Shown here: positions 30,724 through 40,640 of the stretch, piece by piece | Numbering within the stretch: position 1 is the first letter of the stretch | Layout: each line of letters opens with the position of its first letter | Source: a virus | Lineage: Duplodnaviria; Caudoviricetes | Virus record (IMG/VR): IMGVR_UViG_3300027712_000037 | Location: 1 to 56,111 of that record | Reading direction: 5' to 3' (one strand) | DNA: 56,111 nt | Notes under the pieces: model-generated | Told to the model about the DNA's origin: nothing | The model's input: only the letters and a program-made list of their open reading frames with translations | Databases searched by the model: none | Made by a program: the position numbers and the translations under genes

Positions 30724-32106
30724 TTAGGTATTATTAATAGTAACTATCGGGTTAGGTTGTCCTGAATATGTGTTAGCAGCATAAGCCGTATCGAATGTTG
30801 CAATAACATCAGGGTTAGCCGTAGTCAATATCGCAGTACCTGTTCCTGAACCAGTTGCTGTTGCAACGAATGATACACCAGTTATGTTAGCAGAAGCACC
30901 AACTGCTGTCCAGTTTGTAGTACCTACACTAAGAATTGTATAAGCTGTACCGGCTGATATTGACCCAGCAGCCACAGTAGTTTCAAATAGTTCTGATTGA
31001 TAATTATTGACTGACTGAACATATACTGTTGCTGGAGTTGCTGTTGTTGCAGTAACACTCATTGTATTTGGTGTTAATGCTGTATTAGCCACATTAGCTG
31101 TTGTACATTGAGCGGTTAAGCCAGATGTTAGACCTGTTACCAAATATTTTTGTTTGCCTTTTTGACGAACAATGTAACCTGCCTCATCATTAGCATAAAC
31201 AAATGCAGCATTTGCATAAGAAGTAGTGGCTGCACCTGATAATATGATACGATCTTGAACAGCATAAGAAGTAGCATTTTGGTTAGATAATCCAACGTTT
31301 GGGCCACCTGCGTCTAATGAAACACTAAATGCAGTAGTGTTGGCAATTGTTTTAACGAAATAAGTAGTACCTGCTACTAAACCACCGATATTAGCTGATA
31401 ATACAACCGGTTTGCTTGCAAACAATAATTGTGCATTACCTACTGTGGTTAAGAAATTACCAGTTGCAGTAGCATTTGAAATCTCAATATTTGCATAACC
31501 ACTGTTAGTTGCAATAAAACCTAAATTAACATAGTCTGTGCTACCATTAGTATTTGCAACTGCAACTTGAATTGCAGAACCAACTGAAGTAGTATTAGCG
31601 AAATCTGTACCTGTTCCGAATACGTTAGCATTGCCACTAAGAGCATATAGTGTACCAGTACCATTAATACCAATAGCAACTTGTGCTAATACTTGTGAGC
31701 CATAAATTGTTGTATTACCACCAACTACACCATAACTTGCGCCAGGGTTTGTTGAAGTATTACCTGATTGTGCTGTAGAATCAGGATTTTGAAATCCAGT
31801 GTCTACTACGCCAACTGACATTTTAACTGTAACTGGACCAGCTGTTGATAGGTTAACCTTAGTATAACTAGGATTAGCACTTGGTACTGTAGCCGATACT
31901 GTAAAAGTATTCGCTGTTAGTACTTGTAGAATCCAGTATGTTGTACCTGCTGTTAAACCACCTGTTGTAGTAGCAATTACAAAAGGCATTCCTGCGATAA
32001 CATTTAGAGTATTTAGATTTTCACTAACTGTAACAACTTCAGTTGTTCCATCTGTTGCGGTCAATGTTAATACTACCGCTTTGGCAATCTTTAAAGGGCG
32101 TCCCAT
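30724..32106 (-). CDS. virion structural protein
   Basis: MGRPLKI start, GYIVRQKGKQKYLV motif, A/T/G/N-rich; AAGGAG RBS; GATAAATA at 32190-32197. Confidence 0.7.
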   Translation of the reverse strand: MGRPLKIAKAVVLTLTATDGTTEVVTVSENLNTLNVIAGMPFVIATTTGGLTAGTTYWILQVLTANTFTVSATVPSANPSYTKVNLSTAGPVTVKMSVGVVDTGFQNPDSTAQSGNTSTNPGASYGVVGGNTTIYGSQVLAQVAIGINGTGTLYALSGNANVFGTGTDFANTTSVGSAIQVAVANTNGSTDYVNLGFIATNSGYANIEISNATATGNFLTTVGNAQLLFASKPVVLSANIGGLVAGTTYFVKTIANTTAFSVSLDAGGPNVGLSNQNATSYAVQDRIILSGAATTSYANAAFVYANDEAGYIVRQKGKQKYLVTGLTSGLTAQCTTANVANTALTPNTMSVTATTATPATVYVQSVNNYQSELFETTVAAGSISAGTAYTILSVGTTNWTAVGASANITGVSFVATATGSGTGTAILTTANPDVIATFDTAYAANTYSGQPNPIVTINNT

Positions 32107-32121
32107 TTGTTTTTCTCCTTA

Positions 32122-32180
32122 TTATGTGTGGGTTCTAGCCACTACGCGGCGGGGACCGCATAAACTCTTACTATAAGAGT
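32122..32180 (-). ncRNA. candidate structured 5' leader RNA (three hairpins)
   Basis: ACUCUUA-uag-UAAGAGU, UAUGCGG-uccccg-CCGCGUA and GUGG-cuagaac-CCAC between the late promoter and the RBS. Confidence 0.5.
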
Positions 32181-32386
32181 ATATGAATATATTTATCATC
32201 TTACTCAAAAATTTTGTCTATTGATTTATCAGTACCCATACTATATAAAAGTATAATTTATTTATAAAAATCACTGAAATTTTAGGTACAGCTAAATATC
32301 TGTACGGTAATTATATTCTACAACATCAAATTATACAGTAATCTCAATTTAACTGGCTCACACCCACACATAAAATATCTATTAAT

Positions 32387-33457
32387 ATGGCTAAAGTTTA
32401 CGAATTTAACAATAGACCAAATTCAACTAGTTTTTACAAAAATACAAATGATATAATATATTATACTAGTGAACCACTTGAGCTGGGTATACGTGAACGT
32501 GAATGGTTAAATAATTTAAAAATAGAAATAGAGAATACTTCTACATATGAACATAATGTATTAGTTAATCTTACTTGGTTTAACTGTAATTGGGACGCTT
32601 CAAAACCACTAATAGATTTAGTCGAAAGATTGGGTACGGATAATAATGTAAAATTATGGTACGCTTGTAGTATTGACGGCGGATATAGTATTACATATAC
32701 ATATATAGAGTTTTATCATTATCTTAAGAATAAAGGATATAAACAATCATTTGTCGGGTTTTCAGACGAACATTGGCATTCATGGATACCTAAATGGTTC
32801 ATTGATAATAACTCGGGTTTTGATACTAATAATATTATGTTAAACAGGGCACCGCAACACTTATATTTGTCATATAATAGAAAACCCAGAATACATCGTG
32901 AATGGTTAATTAATTCCTTAATAGAAAATAATTTGTTAGATAGAGGGTGGGTGACGTTTGAAAGGGGTCATTATCCCCAAATAGATAATAGAACCCAATT
33001 TACAGACCAAGACAAACATACCACCGATTTGAGATTTACTAGACCGGAAGACATATGTTCTATCGGTGACCTAAACACATGGCGTGATAGTTATATGATC
33101 GTTGTAAGTGAAACTGACCACGGTGATCCATGGCAATTGTCAGAAAAAACTTGGAAACCTATATTTGGATTGAGACCTTTTCTAATCAACGGTAGAAGAG
33201 AGGTATATAGAATACTAGAAAAATTAAATATGTACACACCAAAAGACTTATTTAAGAATATTGACTTAGATTGTCATTATGAAAGTGTCGTAAAACAAAT
33301 TCAGGTACTTTACAACAAAACGCCTGAAGAATTATACAAACTATGGGAAAATCAATTTGAAATGCTATTATACAATCGTAAGAGAATGTTTGAAATAGCT
33401 GATTCTGATCCTACTAAAATTTTAAATTGGCCTCAAGCTGTTCCTGTATCAGTATGA
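32387..33457 (+). CDS. putative glycosyltransferase-like protein
   Basis: LSYNRKPR.HR...IVVSET...LSEKTWKPI...PFLING resembles the GT10-type E-N/T...[ST]EK donor-binding segment; CTAAATA at 32292-32298. Confidence 0.5.
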   Translation: MAKVYEFNNRPNSTSFYKNTNDIIYYTSEPLELGIREREWLNNLKIEIENTSTYEHNVLVNLTWFNCNWDASKPLIDLVERLGTDNNVKLWYACSIDGGYSITYTYIEFYHYLKNKGYKQSFVGFSDEHWHSWIPKWFIDNNSGFDTNNIMLNRAPQHLYLSYNRKPRIHREWLINSLIENNLLDRGWVTFERGHYPQIDNRTQFTDQDKHTTDLRFTRPEDICSIGDLNTWRDSYMIVVSETDHGDPWQLSEKTWKPIFGLRPFLINGRREVYRILEKLNMYTPKDLFKNIDLDCHYESVVKQIQVLYNKTPEELYKLWENQFEMLLYNRKRMFEIADSDPTKILNWPQAVPVSV

Positions 33458-33502
33458 GTGGCTTTTAAACTAGTTATACCGAATGCACCCCCTATACCTA
33501 CA

Positions 33503-34057
33503 TTAATTAGGTCCGCCTGCGCTAGGAGTAGCTAAAACTCCATTAGTGCCTGTATTAGCGTGTGCAGCACCCAATTCCGTAATAGTAAATGCGGTAGATG
33601 TTACGCCGCTTACTTCCACAAAAGATACTATATTTCCTTGACCTACAATAATACTATTTGCAACTGTATTAGCAGGAATAATTGTACTATTAGCAGTAGC
33701 TACAGTGTAGGCCACACCATACGGATTATATCTCGCTGTTGCTCCGCTAATCGCTACTGCTGCATTTGCAGTTAATGTTAAACTAGTATTATTAGCTATA
33801 GCTTTAACAATCCCAACTGTAGCACCAGTTGTATTGCCTATCCAAGCCCCAATATTTAACTGAGTAGTAAATGCAGTTCCTGAACCGGTGACTGTATTAC
33901 TATTAGTAGCACAGGTCACTGTTCCAGTTAATGCAACATTTGGAAAACTAGTCGTATATTGAATAGGACTACTAGTAGTTGATATCATGACTTTATCTGT
34001 AGCGATATTTCCTGATGTTGCTACTGCTGAACTTGCTGTATATGAATATGATGCCAT
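33503..34057 (-). CDS. small virion/fibre-associated protein
   Basis: GTVT...SNTVTGSGTAFTTQL..G fibre-type motif; follows the adhesin gene. Confidence 0.6.
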   Translation of the reverse strand: MASYSYTASSAVATSGNIATDKVMISTTSSPIQYTTSFPNVALTGTVTCATNSNTVTGSGTAFTTQLNIGAWIGNTTGATVGIVKAIANNTSLTLTANAAVAISGATARYNPYGVAYTVATANSTIIPANTVANSIIVGQGNIVSFVEVSGVTSTAFTITELGAAHANTGTNGVLATPSAGGPN

Positions 34058-34073
34058 TTTTTTATTCCTGTTA

Positions 34074-37000
34074 TTATAATCTACCTATAGCGATTTCGAT
34101 GATACCCTCGCCTGAAAAATTCTCTAATGCCTTACCAATTACCGTGCCCATTATAGGGTTATTTGTAGGTCTTGCATATCCATTTCCACCGCTGATCATC
34201 ATATCGCCTTTACGAATTGTACCTCTTACTTTGCAAGGAACTCTTCCCTGTAGAGCAATAGGAACCGCTATACCTTGACAAGTAGCATTCATTACATATG
34301 CAGGATTAGAAGATACTACACCTGCTACTCTCATCGTTTCATCAGTAGCTATTGTAACTTCTTTATCTCCGCCAAACTCTAAAACGGTGCCCGGTTCGTA
34401 ATCATAATCTGCTTCATAGTATTCTGCCAAGTCAGCATATGTTGCATTTAATCTAGATCCTGCCGTTAAAGTCCAATTTCCCGTTATATTTCCTTGTGTA
34501 GTATTAGCACCGGTTGTTAAAATTGTAGTATTAACAACTCCGGTTGAAAAATTACTAATAAAGTATCTAATTACAGTATTGGCAGTATAATTTGTTACAT
34601 AAACAAATCTACCTGTTGGGTCTACTACTACACCGTTCGGATTAATTCCACTGGCAATTGCAGTTGTAATACTAGTTAATGCACCGGTTGATTGATTAAT
34701 ACTGTATTGGCTTACTGTACTGCTATTATAATTTGTTACATAAACGAACCTACCGCTAGGATCTACTGTTATTCCACCAGCATTGGTCCCACTAGCGATT
34801 GCAGTTGTAATACTAGTTAATGCACCGGTTGATTGATTAATACTGTATTGGCTTACTGTACTGCTATTATAATTTGTTACATAAACGAACCTACCTGTAG
34901 GATCTACTGTTATTCCTATAGGACTAGTTCCAGTAGCAATTGCAGTTGTAATACTAGTTAATGCACCGGTTGATTGATTAATACTATATTGGCTTACTGT
35001 ATTATCATTATAATTTGCGACATAAACAAACCTACCTGTTGGATCTACTGCTATTCCTCTTGGGGCAGTTCCGCTATTAGCCAAAGATCCATAGGATAAT
35101 ACGCCGGTTGATTGATTAATACTATATTGATATATATTGTTGCTACTAGAGTTTGTTACATAAACAAACCTACCTGTTGGGTCTACTGCTATACCGTACG
35201 GATTAGTTCCACTAGCAGTTGCAGTCGTAATACTAGTTAATGCACCGGTTGATTGGTCAATACTGTAAAAATTTATAGTGTTACCAGTATAATTTGTTAC
35301 ATAAACAAACTTACCGGTTGGTTCTACTACTATTCCTTGGGGACTAGTTCCAGTAGAAATTGCAGTTGTAATACTAGTTAATGTGCCAGTTGATTGGTCA
35401 ATGCTAAATTGACTTACGGTATTGCTAGCATAATTTGTGACATAAACGAACCTACCCGTTGGATCTACTGCTATTCCTTGGGGATTAGTTCCAGTAGCAA
35501 CAGTAGTCGAAGTATTAACCAATACACCTGTACCTAAATTTATTATTCTTTCGGGTACTACTGTAGGGTAAGGACTTTGTAAAAATTTTCCATATAATAA
35601 ATTGCTACTTATTGAATTAGCACCTGATAAATTACCTGATAAATTACCTGATATATTACCTGCTGTAATATTACCAGTAACTGTTAGAGATGTTAATGTA
35701 CCAACACTTGTAATATTAGGTTGTGCAGCAGTGGTTAAAGTACCGGTCAAGTAGTTAGAACTTACTAAGTTACCACCTGATATATTACCTGCTGTAATAT
35801 TACCAGTAACTGTTAGAGATGTTAATGTACCAACACTTGTAATATTAGGTTGTGCAGCAGTGGTTAAAGTACCGGTTAATAAAGTTGATGATAAAGTGCC
35901 TGTACCCACATCGAAAGCTAATACAGAATTTGCATTTAATGCACGGTTAGCAGTACTACTACCGTTTACAAATGGTATATAATAAACTCCCGTAGTTTGT
36001 GCGGTTACTACTCCAAAATCACTAACATTAGCATATTCTACACTTAAATTAGTTACACGGGTAGTACTAGTTACTGTTAAAGGAGCAGTACCGGTAGTTA
36101 CATTGGAAGTCAATGTACTAGCCACTACCCCATTAGTAGCATTAAAATTATTAGCATTAGTATTTCCTGTTACTGTTAAATATCCTGCTACATTTACGCC
36201 GGTACCTGTAACTACAGCAATATTTGCATTACCTACCGCACTTAAATTTATGTTTCCATTAGCAGCAGGAATACTGATATTGCTGTTACCATTGGCAAAT
36301 GGTCCGATAATATTACCTGAAACAGTCAAATTGCCGGCAACTACTGCCACTCCGGTTGAAAAATTACTAATAAGGTATCTAGTTACTGAAGTGGAACCAT
36401 TATTTACGACATAAACAAATCTACCTGTGGGATCAACTAATATTCCTATTGGTAAGGATCCACTAGCAATTGCAGTTGTGATACTAGTTAATGCGCCAGT
36501 GGATTGATTAATACTATATTGGCTTACTGTACTGCTAGCATAATTTGTTACATAAACAAATCTACCGGTGGGGTCTGATGCTATGAAATTGGTACCATTT
36601 CCAGCAGCAATTGCAGTTGTGATACTAGTTAATGCGCCAGTTGATTGATTAATACTATATTGGCTTACTGTATTATCATTAAAATTTGCGACATAAACAA
36701 ACCTACCTGTTGGGTCTACTGCTATACCTCGAGGTGAGGCTCCACTAGCAATTGCAGTTGTAATACTGGTTAATGCACCAGTTGATTGATTAATACTATA
36801 TTGGCTTACTGTATTACTAGTAATATTTGTGGCATAAACAAATCTACCTGTGGGATCTACTGCTATACCTCGAGGTGAGACTCCACTAGCAATTGCAGTT
36901 GTGATACTAGTTAATGCGCCAGTTGATTGATTAATACTATATTGGCTTACTGTATTATCATTAAAATTTGCGACATAAACAAACCTACCTGTTGGGTCTA

Positions 37001-38831
37001 CTGCTATTCCTACAGGATTAGTTCCACTAGCAATCGCAGTCGTAATACTAGTTAATGCACCGGTTGATTGATTAATACTATATTGACTTACTGTATTACT
37101 AGTAGAATTTGTTGCATAAACAAATCTACCTGTTGGATCTACCGCTATTCCTTGGGGATTAGTTCCACTAGCAATCGCAGTTGTAATACTAGTTAATACA
37201 CCGGTTGATTGGTCAATGCTAAATTGACTTACAGTGTTGCCAGTATAATTTGCGACATAAACAAACCTACTTGCTGAATCTACCGCTATTCCTTGGGGAC
37301 CAGCTCCAGTAGCGACGGTAGGCGAAGTACTAACCAATACACCTGTACCTGAATTTATTATTCTTTCGGGTGCTATAGTAGGATAAGGACTTTGTAAAAA
37401 TTTCCCATATAATAAATTGCCACTTACTAAATTAGCACTTACTAAATTAGCACCTGACAATTGTGATGCACTACCACTCATCGAAATATTGCCATTTGCG
37501 GCTAAAGTAACCGTTCCAGTAGGGCTAACATTAAATTGACTTGTACCACCAACCTGTAAATCTAGTAAAAGACTACCGCTTGCACTGGCAGTATTTGTAA
37601 TATTTTCTCTAATACCAGTGAATATTACACTACTGTTATTCCAAGTCTGAGTAAATGATACAGGTGCTGTAGCAGTAATGATGCCACTAGCAACACTTAA
37701 TCCAGTTAATGTACCAACACTAGTAATATTAGGTTGTGCAGCAGTAGTTAAAGTACCTGTTAATAAAGTTGCTGATAAATTTCCAGTTGCTGCATTAAAT
37801 GATAAGTTAGCATTTGATCCTAATGCATAATTAGCAGTAGTATTACCATTTGCAAATACTGGATAAAAGGTGCCGGTTGTTTGAGTTGTAACAACTTCAA
37901 AATCACTTACATTAGCATAGTTTACATTTAAATTAGCTACACGAGTAGTACTAGTTACTGTTAAGGGAGCAGTACCTGTAGCTATATTAGAAAATAGTCT
38001 AGTAGCGGTAACAACTCCAGTAGCATTAAGATTTCCTACATTGGCGTTACCATTTAATGTTAATATATTATTTACATAATCCCAAGTAAAATCAGAATCA
38101 CCAGACAATAGATTGTTATTATTAAATTGAATTGTTGTATTAGATCCGCCGGCTGCACCGCCCCCGCTACCTCCAAGAGCTGAAACAGCTCGGCCCCCGC
38201 TAGTATATGTCGAGTATCCTGTAGAATTTACAGGAACAGTTAACGAAGGATCTGAATATAATGAAAAAGTATTAGCAGTAAGAACATTAGCATAATAACT
38301 ATTGCCATTAACTTGAGTCATTCCTACTACATTCGTAATAGTAATTGACAAGCCTTTAGTAAAAGAATTATTTGCTGATGTAGTAACTACTGCCGGATTG
38401 GCTTTGGTTATATTACTAATATTTGCAGTAATTACCCCTTTAGAGGCCCAACTTAAATTACCTGCACCATCAGTTTCTAATACATAACCAATAGCACCGC
38501 CATCGATTTTAACATTACTGACATCACCTAATGTGATTAATCCACCGGCACCTCGACCTCTATTAATCCAGTCTGTACCATTATAAGTAAGTAGTTGACC
38601 ATCAGCAACGGTAGAACTATTAATGTCTAAATTTCCGGTAGCACCGGTTATTTGATTAAAATCAATGTTAGAATAAGAAGTTAATACTTCGATATTTTCA
38701 TTAGGATCGGATTTACCTATAAAAAGCTGTTTAGCATCTGATGCCCAACCAAATTCTGCTTCATCTAGCTGGGGTAAATCAACGATATTACCTGATCGTT
38801 GCTGTATTTTGCTGATCTGTATTATAGCCAT
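34074..38831 (-). CDS. tail fibre/adhesin with two 7-blade beta-propellers and a C-terminal autocleaving chaperone-like domain
   Basis: N-terminal QISKIQQRSG...LPQL..AEFGW..D...LFIG (Mtd-N-like); 14 GIAVDPTGRFVYV-type blades; C-terminal YADLAEYY...PGTV...VAGVVS.NPAY.MN...IALQGRVPCKV...KGD. Confidence 0.8.
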   Translation of the reverse strand: MAIIQISKIQQRSGNIVDLPQLDEAEFGWASDAKQLFIGKSDPNENIEVLTSYSNIDFNQITGATGNLDINSSTVADGQLLTYNGTDWINRGRGAGGLITLGDVSNVKIDGGAIGYVLETDGAGNLSWASKGVITANISNITKANPAVVTTSANNSFTKGLSITITNVVGMTQVNGNSYYANVLTANTFSLYSDPSLTVPVNSTGYSTYTSGGRAVSALGGSGGGAAGGSNTTIQFNNNNLLSGDSDFTWDYVNNILTLNGNANVGNLNATGVVTATRLFSNIATGTAPLTVTSTTRVANLNVNYANVSDFEVVTTQTTGTFYPVFANGNTTANYALGSNANLSFNAATGNLSATLLTGTLTTAAQPNITSVGTLTGLSVASGIITATAPVSFTQTWNNSSVIFTGIRENITNTASASGSLLLDLQVGGTSQFNVSPTGTVTLAANGNISMSGSASQLSGANLVSANLVSGNLLYGKFLQSPYPTIAPERIINSGTGVLVSTSPTVATGAGPQGIAVDSASRFVYVANYTGNTVSQFSIDQSTGVLTSITTAIASGTNPQGIAVDPTGRFVYATNSTSNTVSQYSINQSTGALTSITTAIASGTNPVGIAVDPTGRFVYVANFNDNTVSQYSINQSTGALTSITTAIASGVSPRGIAVDPTGRFVYATNITSNTVSQYSINQSTGALTSITTAIASGASPRGIAVDPTGRFVYVANFNDNTVSQYSINQSTGALTSITTAIAAGNGTNFIASDPTGRFVYVTNYASSTVSQYSINQSTGALTSITTAIASGSLPIGILVDPTGRFVYVVNNGSTSVTRYLISNFSTGVAVVAGNLTVSGNIIGPFANGNSNISIPAANGNINLSAVGNANIAVVTGTGVNVAGYLTVTGNTNANNFNATNGVVASTLTSNVTTGTAPLTVTSTTRVTNLSVEYANVSDFGVVTAQTTGVYYIPFVNGSSTANRALNANSVLAFDVGTGTLSSTLLTGTLTTAAQPNITSVGTLTSLTVTGNITAGNISGGNLVSSNYLTGTLTTAAQPNITSVGTLTSLTVTGNITAGNISGNLSGNLSGANSISSNLLYGKFLQSPYPTVVPERIINLGTGVLVNTSTTVATGTNPQGIAVDPTGRFVYVTNYASNTVSQFSIDQSTGTLTSITTAISTGTSPQGIVVEPTGKFVYVTNYTGNTINFYSIDQSTGALTSITTATASGTNPYGIAVDPTGRFVYVTNSSSNNIYQYSINQSTGVLSYGSLANSGTAPRGIAVDPTGRFVYVANYNDNTVSQYSINQSTGALTSITTAIATGTSPIGITVDPTGRFVYVTNYNSSTVSQYSINQSTGALTSITTAIASGTNAGGITVDPSGRFVYVTNYNSSTVSQYSINQSTGALTSITTAIASGINPNGVVVDPTGRFVYVTNYTANTVIRYFISNFSTGVVNTTILTTGANTTQGNITGNWTLTAGSRLNATYADLAEYYEADYDYEPGTVLEFGGDKEVTIATDETMRVAGVVSSNPAYVMNATCQGIAVPIALQGRVPCKVRGTIRKGDMMISGGNGYARPTNNPIMGTVIGKALENFSGEGIIEIAIGRL
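34545..35600 (-). repeat. propeller 2: seven ~132-bp blade repeats
   Basis: Recurrent gcagttgtaatactagttaatgcaccggttgattgattaatact units. Confidence 0.9.
36355..37420 (-). repeat. propeller 1: seven ~132-bp blade repeats
   Basis: Same unit; the flanks LLYGKFLQSPYPT and ISNFSTGV are duplicated with propeller 2. Confidence 0.9.
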
Positions 38832-38863
38832 AAATGTAATCTTCTCAATTACATTTATTTATC
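38830..38863 (-). promoter_or_regulatory. late promoter overlapping an 11-bp hairpin that covers the start codon
   Basis: GATAA-ATAAATGTAAT-tgagaag-ATTACATTTAT-G; the last AT of the 3' arm begins the ATG. Confidence 0.7.
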
Positions 38864-38870
38864 ACAAATA

Positions 38871-39557
38871 TCAGATGAATTGCATGTAGTACTGTTCTAC
38901 TCGGTTAAACCATTTGTCTGTATAAACATCAAAATCAGTACCTTCAAGAACAAATTCTTGATATTCGTTAGCTGCTGAACACATAAAAATAACGCCTTTA
39001 CGAATTTTTGTACCATATAATTCGTTGTGTGCATTAGCATATGCTGCCAATTGTACAAAATAGTCTTCTATCCATTCACGTTTTTTAGGCTTATTTGTTT
39101 GTTTGTGGTCCATAATAGATTCTGAACCTTCATGTAACCCTACCAAATCTGTCGTACCTGCATAAATTTTAGGAAAATATAGCGTTACTTCTGTTCCCCA
39201 AAATTCATTACATTTACTTAGACCTTGATCAATAATTGACCTAGCCATTTGATGACTTTGAATACTGTATGGATTAGTACCTGGTTCGCCCATTGCGCCG
39301 GTTTTAATATAATCCTCAAGCCATTTATGCATTCTTGTGCCACGGCCCGCTGCTTCTGTAGTAATTTCTTGTGCTTTGGCATGTCCTACACGCTTACGCC
39401 AATTAGCTAATGCTTGTTTACTTTCTTCTGATTTTGTTGCGTCTAGAATAGTTGTTACACTAGGCAATTTTTCTCCATCGGGAGTTGCATAACGGCGTTT
39501 GCCCTCAACTTCTACCCTAGACATAGAAATATAATTAAATTTATCAGGTTTATACAT
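38871..39557 (-). CDS. PD-(D/E)xK exonuclease
   Basis: R.Y.TPDG.KLPSVTTIL...RGT.MH...E..L....YAGTTD...DHKQ...QL.AY. Confidence 0.88.
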   Translation of the reverse strand: MYKPDKFNYISMSRVEVEGKRRYATPDGEKLPSVTTILDATKSEESKQALANWRKRVGHAKAQEITTEAAGRGTRMHKWLEDYIKTGAMGEPGTNPYSIQSHQMARSIIDQGLSKCNEFWGTEVTLYFPKIYAGTTDLVGLHEGSESIMDHKQTNKPKKREWIEDYFVQLAAYANAHNELYGTKIRKGVIFMCSAANEYQEFVLEGTDFDVYTDKWFNRVEQYYMQFI

Positions 39558-39560
39558 TAT

Positions 39561-40310
39561 TTAAATCCAAGTAGAGTCTATGGGAACAGGGTAAGCATCT
39601 ATTTTACTGTATTCTAGTAATGTCATGAATTTTCCATCTATTGGTGTTATTTCATCGTATTCTTTAATTAAATAATTGTATATAAAATCAGCTAAAGCAA
39701 TCTGCGCCTCGGGACCATCATGTCCGCATGGTAATGCAGGATAAAGACCCGCTACTTGGTAGAAGTTGAGATTAGTAATGGGAGTTTTATTTAAATATTC
39801 CAGTGTATTTGGAAATTTATGTGCCAATAAAGAGGTGATATCTTTTTCATTACCTGAAAAGAACGAAGACAAATAAGGTACGTGTCTAGATTTGAAAAGA
39901 CTATCTAGTGACAATCTATATAAAATTGTTTTTCTGTGAAAGTCCTCTTCAGACCAATTATCAAGTAAAGAATACTCTGCATGATTCTCAGGTTTGTCGG
40001 TAGGAAGCGTAATTCCAACATACCCAGCTTTTTTCCTATAATATTCTTTATTCCATATTTCTCGACGCCAAAATTGAGACCAAGCTATTATGTATAACGG
40101 TTTGTTGTTATTAGGGAGGTCCTCAAAAAAATATTCATATGTTCTTCTGTGGATAGTATCGTTACCTGAACCTTTTATTGCTAAATTTACAACAGGTACT
40201 TTTAACTTGTTTGCTAGTAAGGCAGGCCAACCCTGTTCTTTAGGATTGTCTAATCCTTGACAATATGTCCAACTGCAACCATTTACTACTAAGTGAGTGA
40301 TATCTATCAT
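39561..40310 (-). CDS. SGNH-like hydrolase-fold protein
   Basis: VNGCSWT...WP.LLA...NLA..GSGND.I.R...CGHDG..AQ..LA. Confidence 0.7.
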   Translation of the reverse strand: MIDITHLVVNGCSWTYCQGLDNPKEQGWPALLANKLKVPVVNLAIKGSGNDTIHRRTYEYFFEDLPNNNKPLYIIAWSQFWRREIWNKEYYRKKAGYVGITLPTDKPENHAEYSLLDNWSEEDFHRKTILYRLSLDSLFKSRHVPYLSSFFSGNEKDITSLLAHKFPNTLEYLNKTPITNLNFYQVAGLYPALPCGHDGPEAQIALADFIYNYLIKEYDEITPIDGKFMTLLEYSKIDAYPVPIDSTWI

Positions 40311-40319
40311 ACTAAAATT

Positions 40320-40640
40320 TTATATTCTAAAACTTTCGCCACAACCACAACGATCCTTTTCCTGAGGATTAATGAATTCAAACCCTTCATTTAACCCGTG
40401 TTTTGCGTAATCTACAATTAAGCCATTTAAATATACTATATCTTTAGGACTTACCCAAATCATAATATCATTAGACTCATATACAGCGTAGGTAGCATCT
40501 GGTTGATCTATAAATTCTAGAGTGTAAGCTAATCCACTACAACCAGTAGTTTTCACGCCTACTTTAATTCCTAGACCCTTTCCTCTTTTTTCTAAAAAAT
40601 ATTTTATTTTATCGGCTGCAGTAGGAGTAGCGCTTATCAT
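40320..40640 (-). CDS. iscA: A-type Fe-S cluster carrier IscA/HesB
   Basis: GVKTTGCSGLAY...EGFEFINP...CGCGESF. Confidence 0.95.
   Translation of the reverse strand: MISATPTAADKIKYFLEKRGKGLGIKVGVKTTGCSGLAYTLEFIDQPDATYAVYESNDIMIWVSPKDIVYLNGLIVDYAKHGLNEGFEFINPQEKDRCGCGESFRI

Noticed and set aside
32128-32162. tRNA or terminator
   Set aside because: Too short, no cloverleaf or TTC loop, no U-tract; kept only as a candidate leader RNA.
34074-38831. Diversity-generating retroelement target, suggested by the Mtd-like N-terminus and near-duplicate segments
   Set aside because: No reverse transcriptase or non-coding template repeat in the window, and differences between copies are not visibly adenine-specific.
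38871-39557. Cas4 or CRISPR-linked nuclease
   Set aside because: Lacks the four-Cys Fe-S pattern and any CRISPR context; fits the common phage exonuclease.
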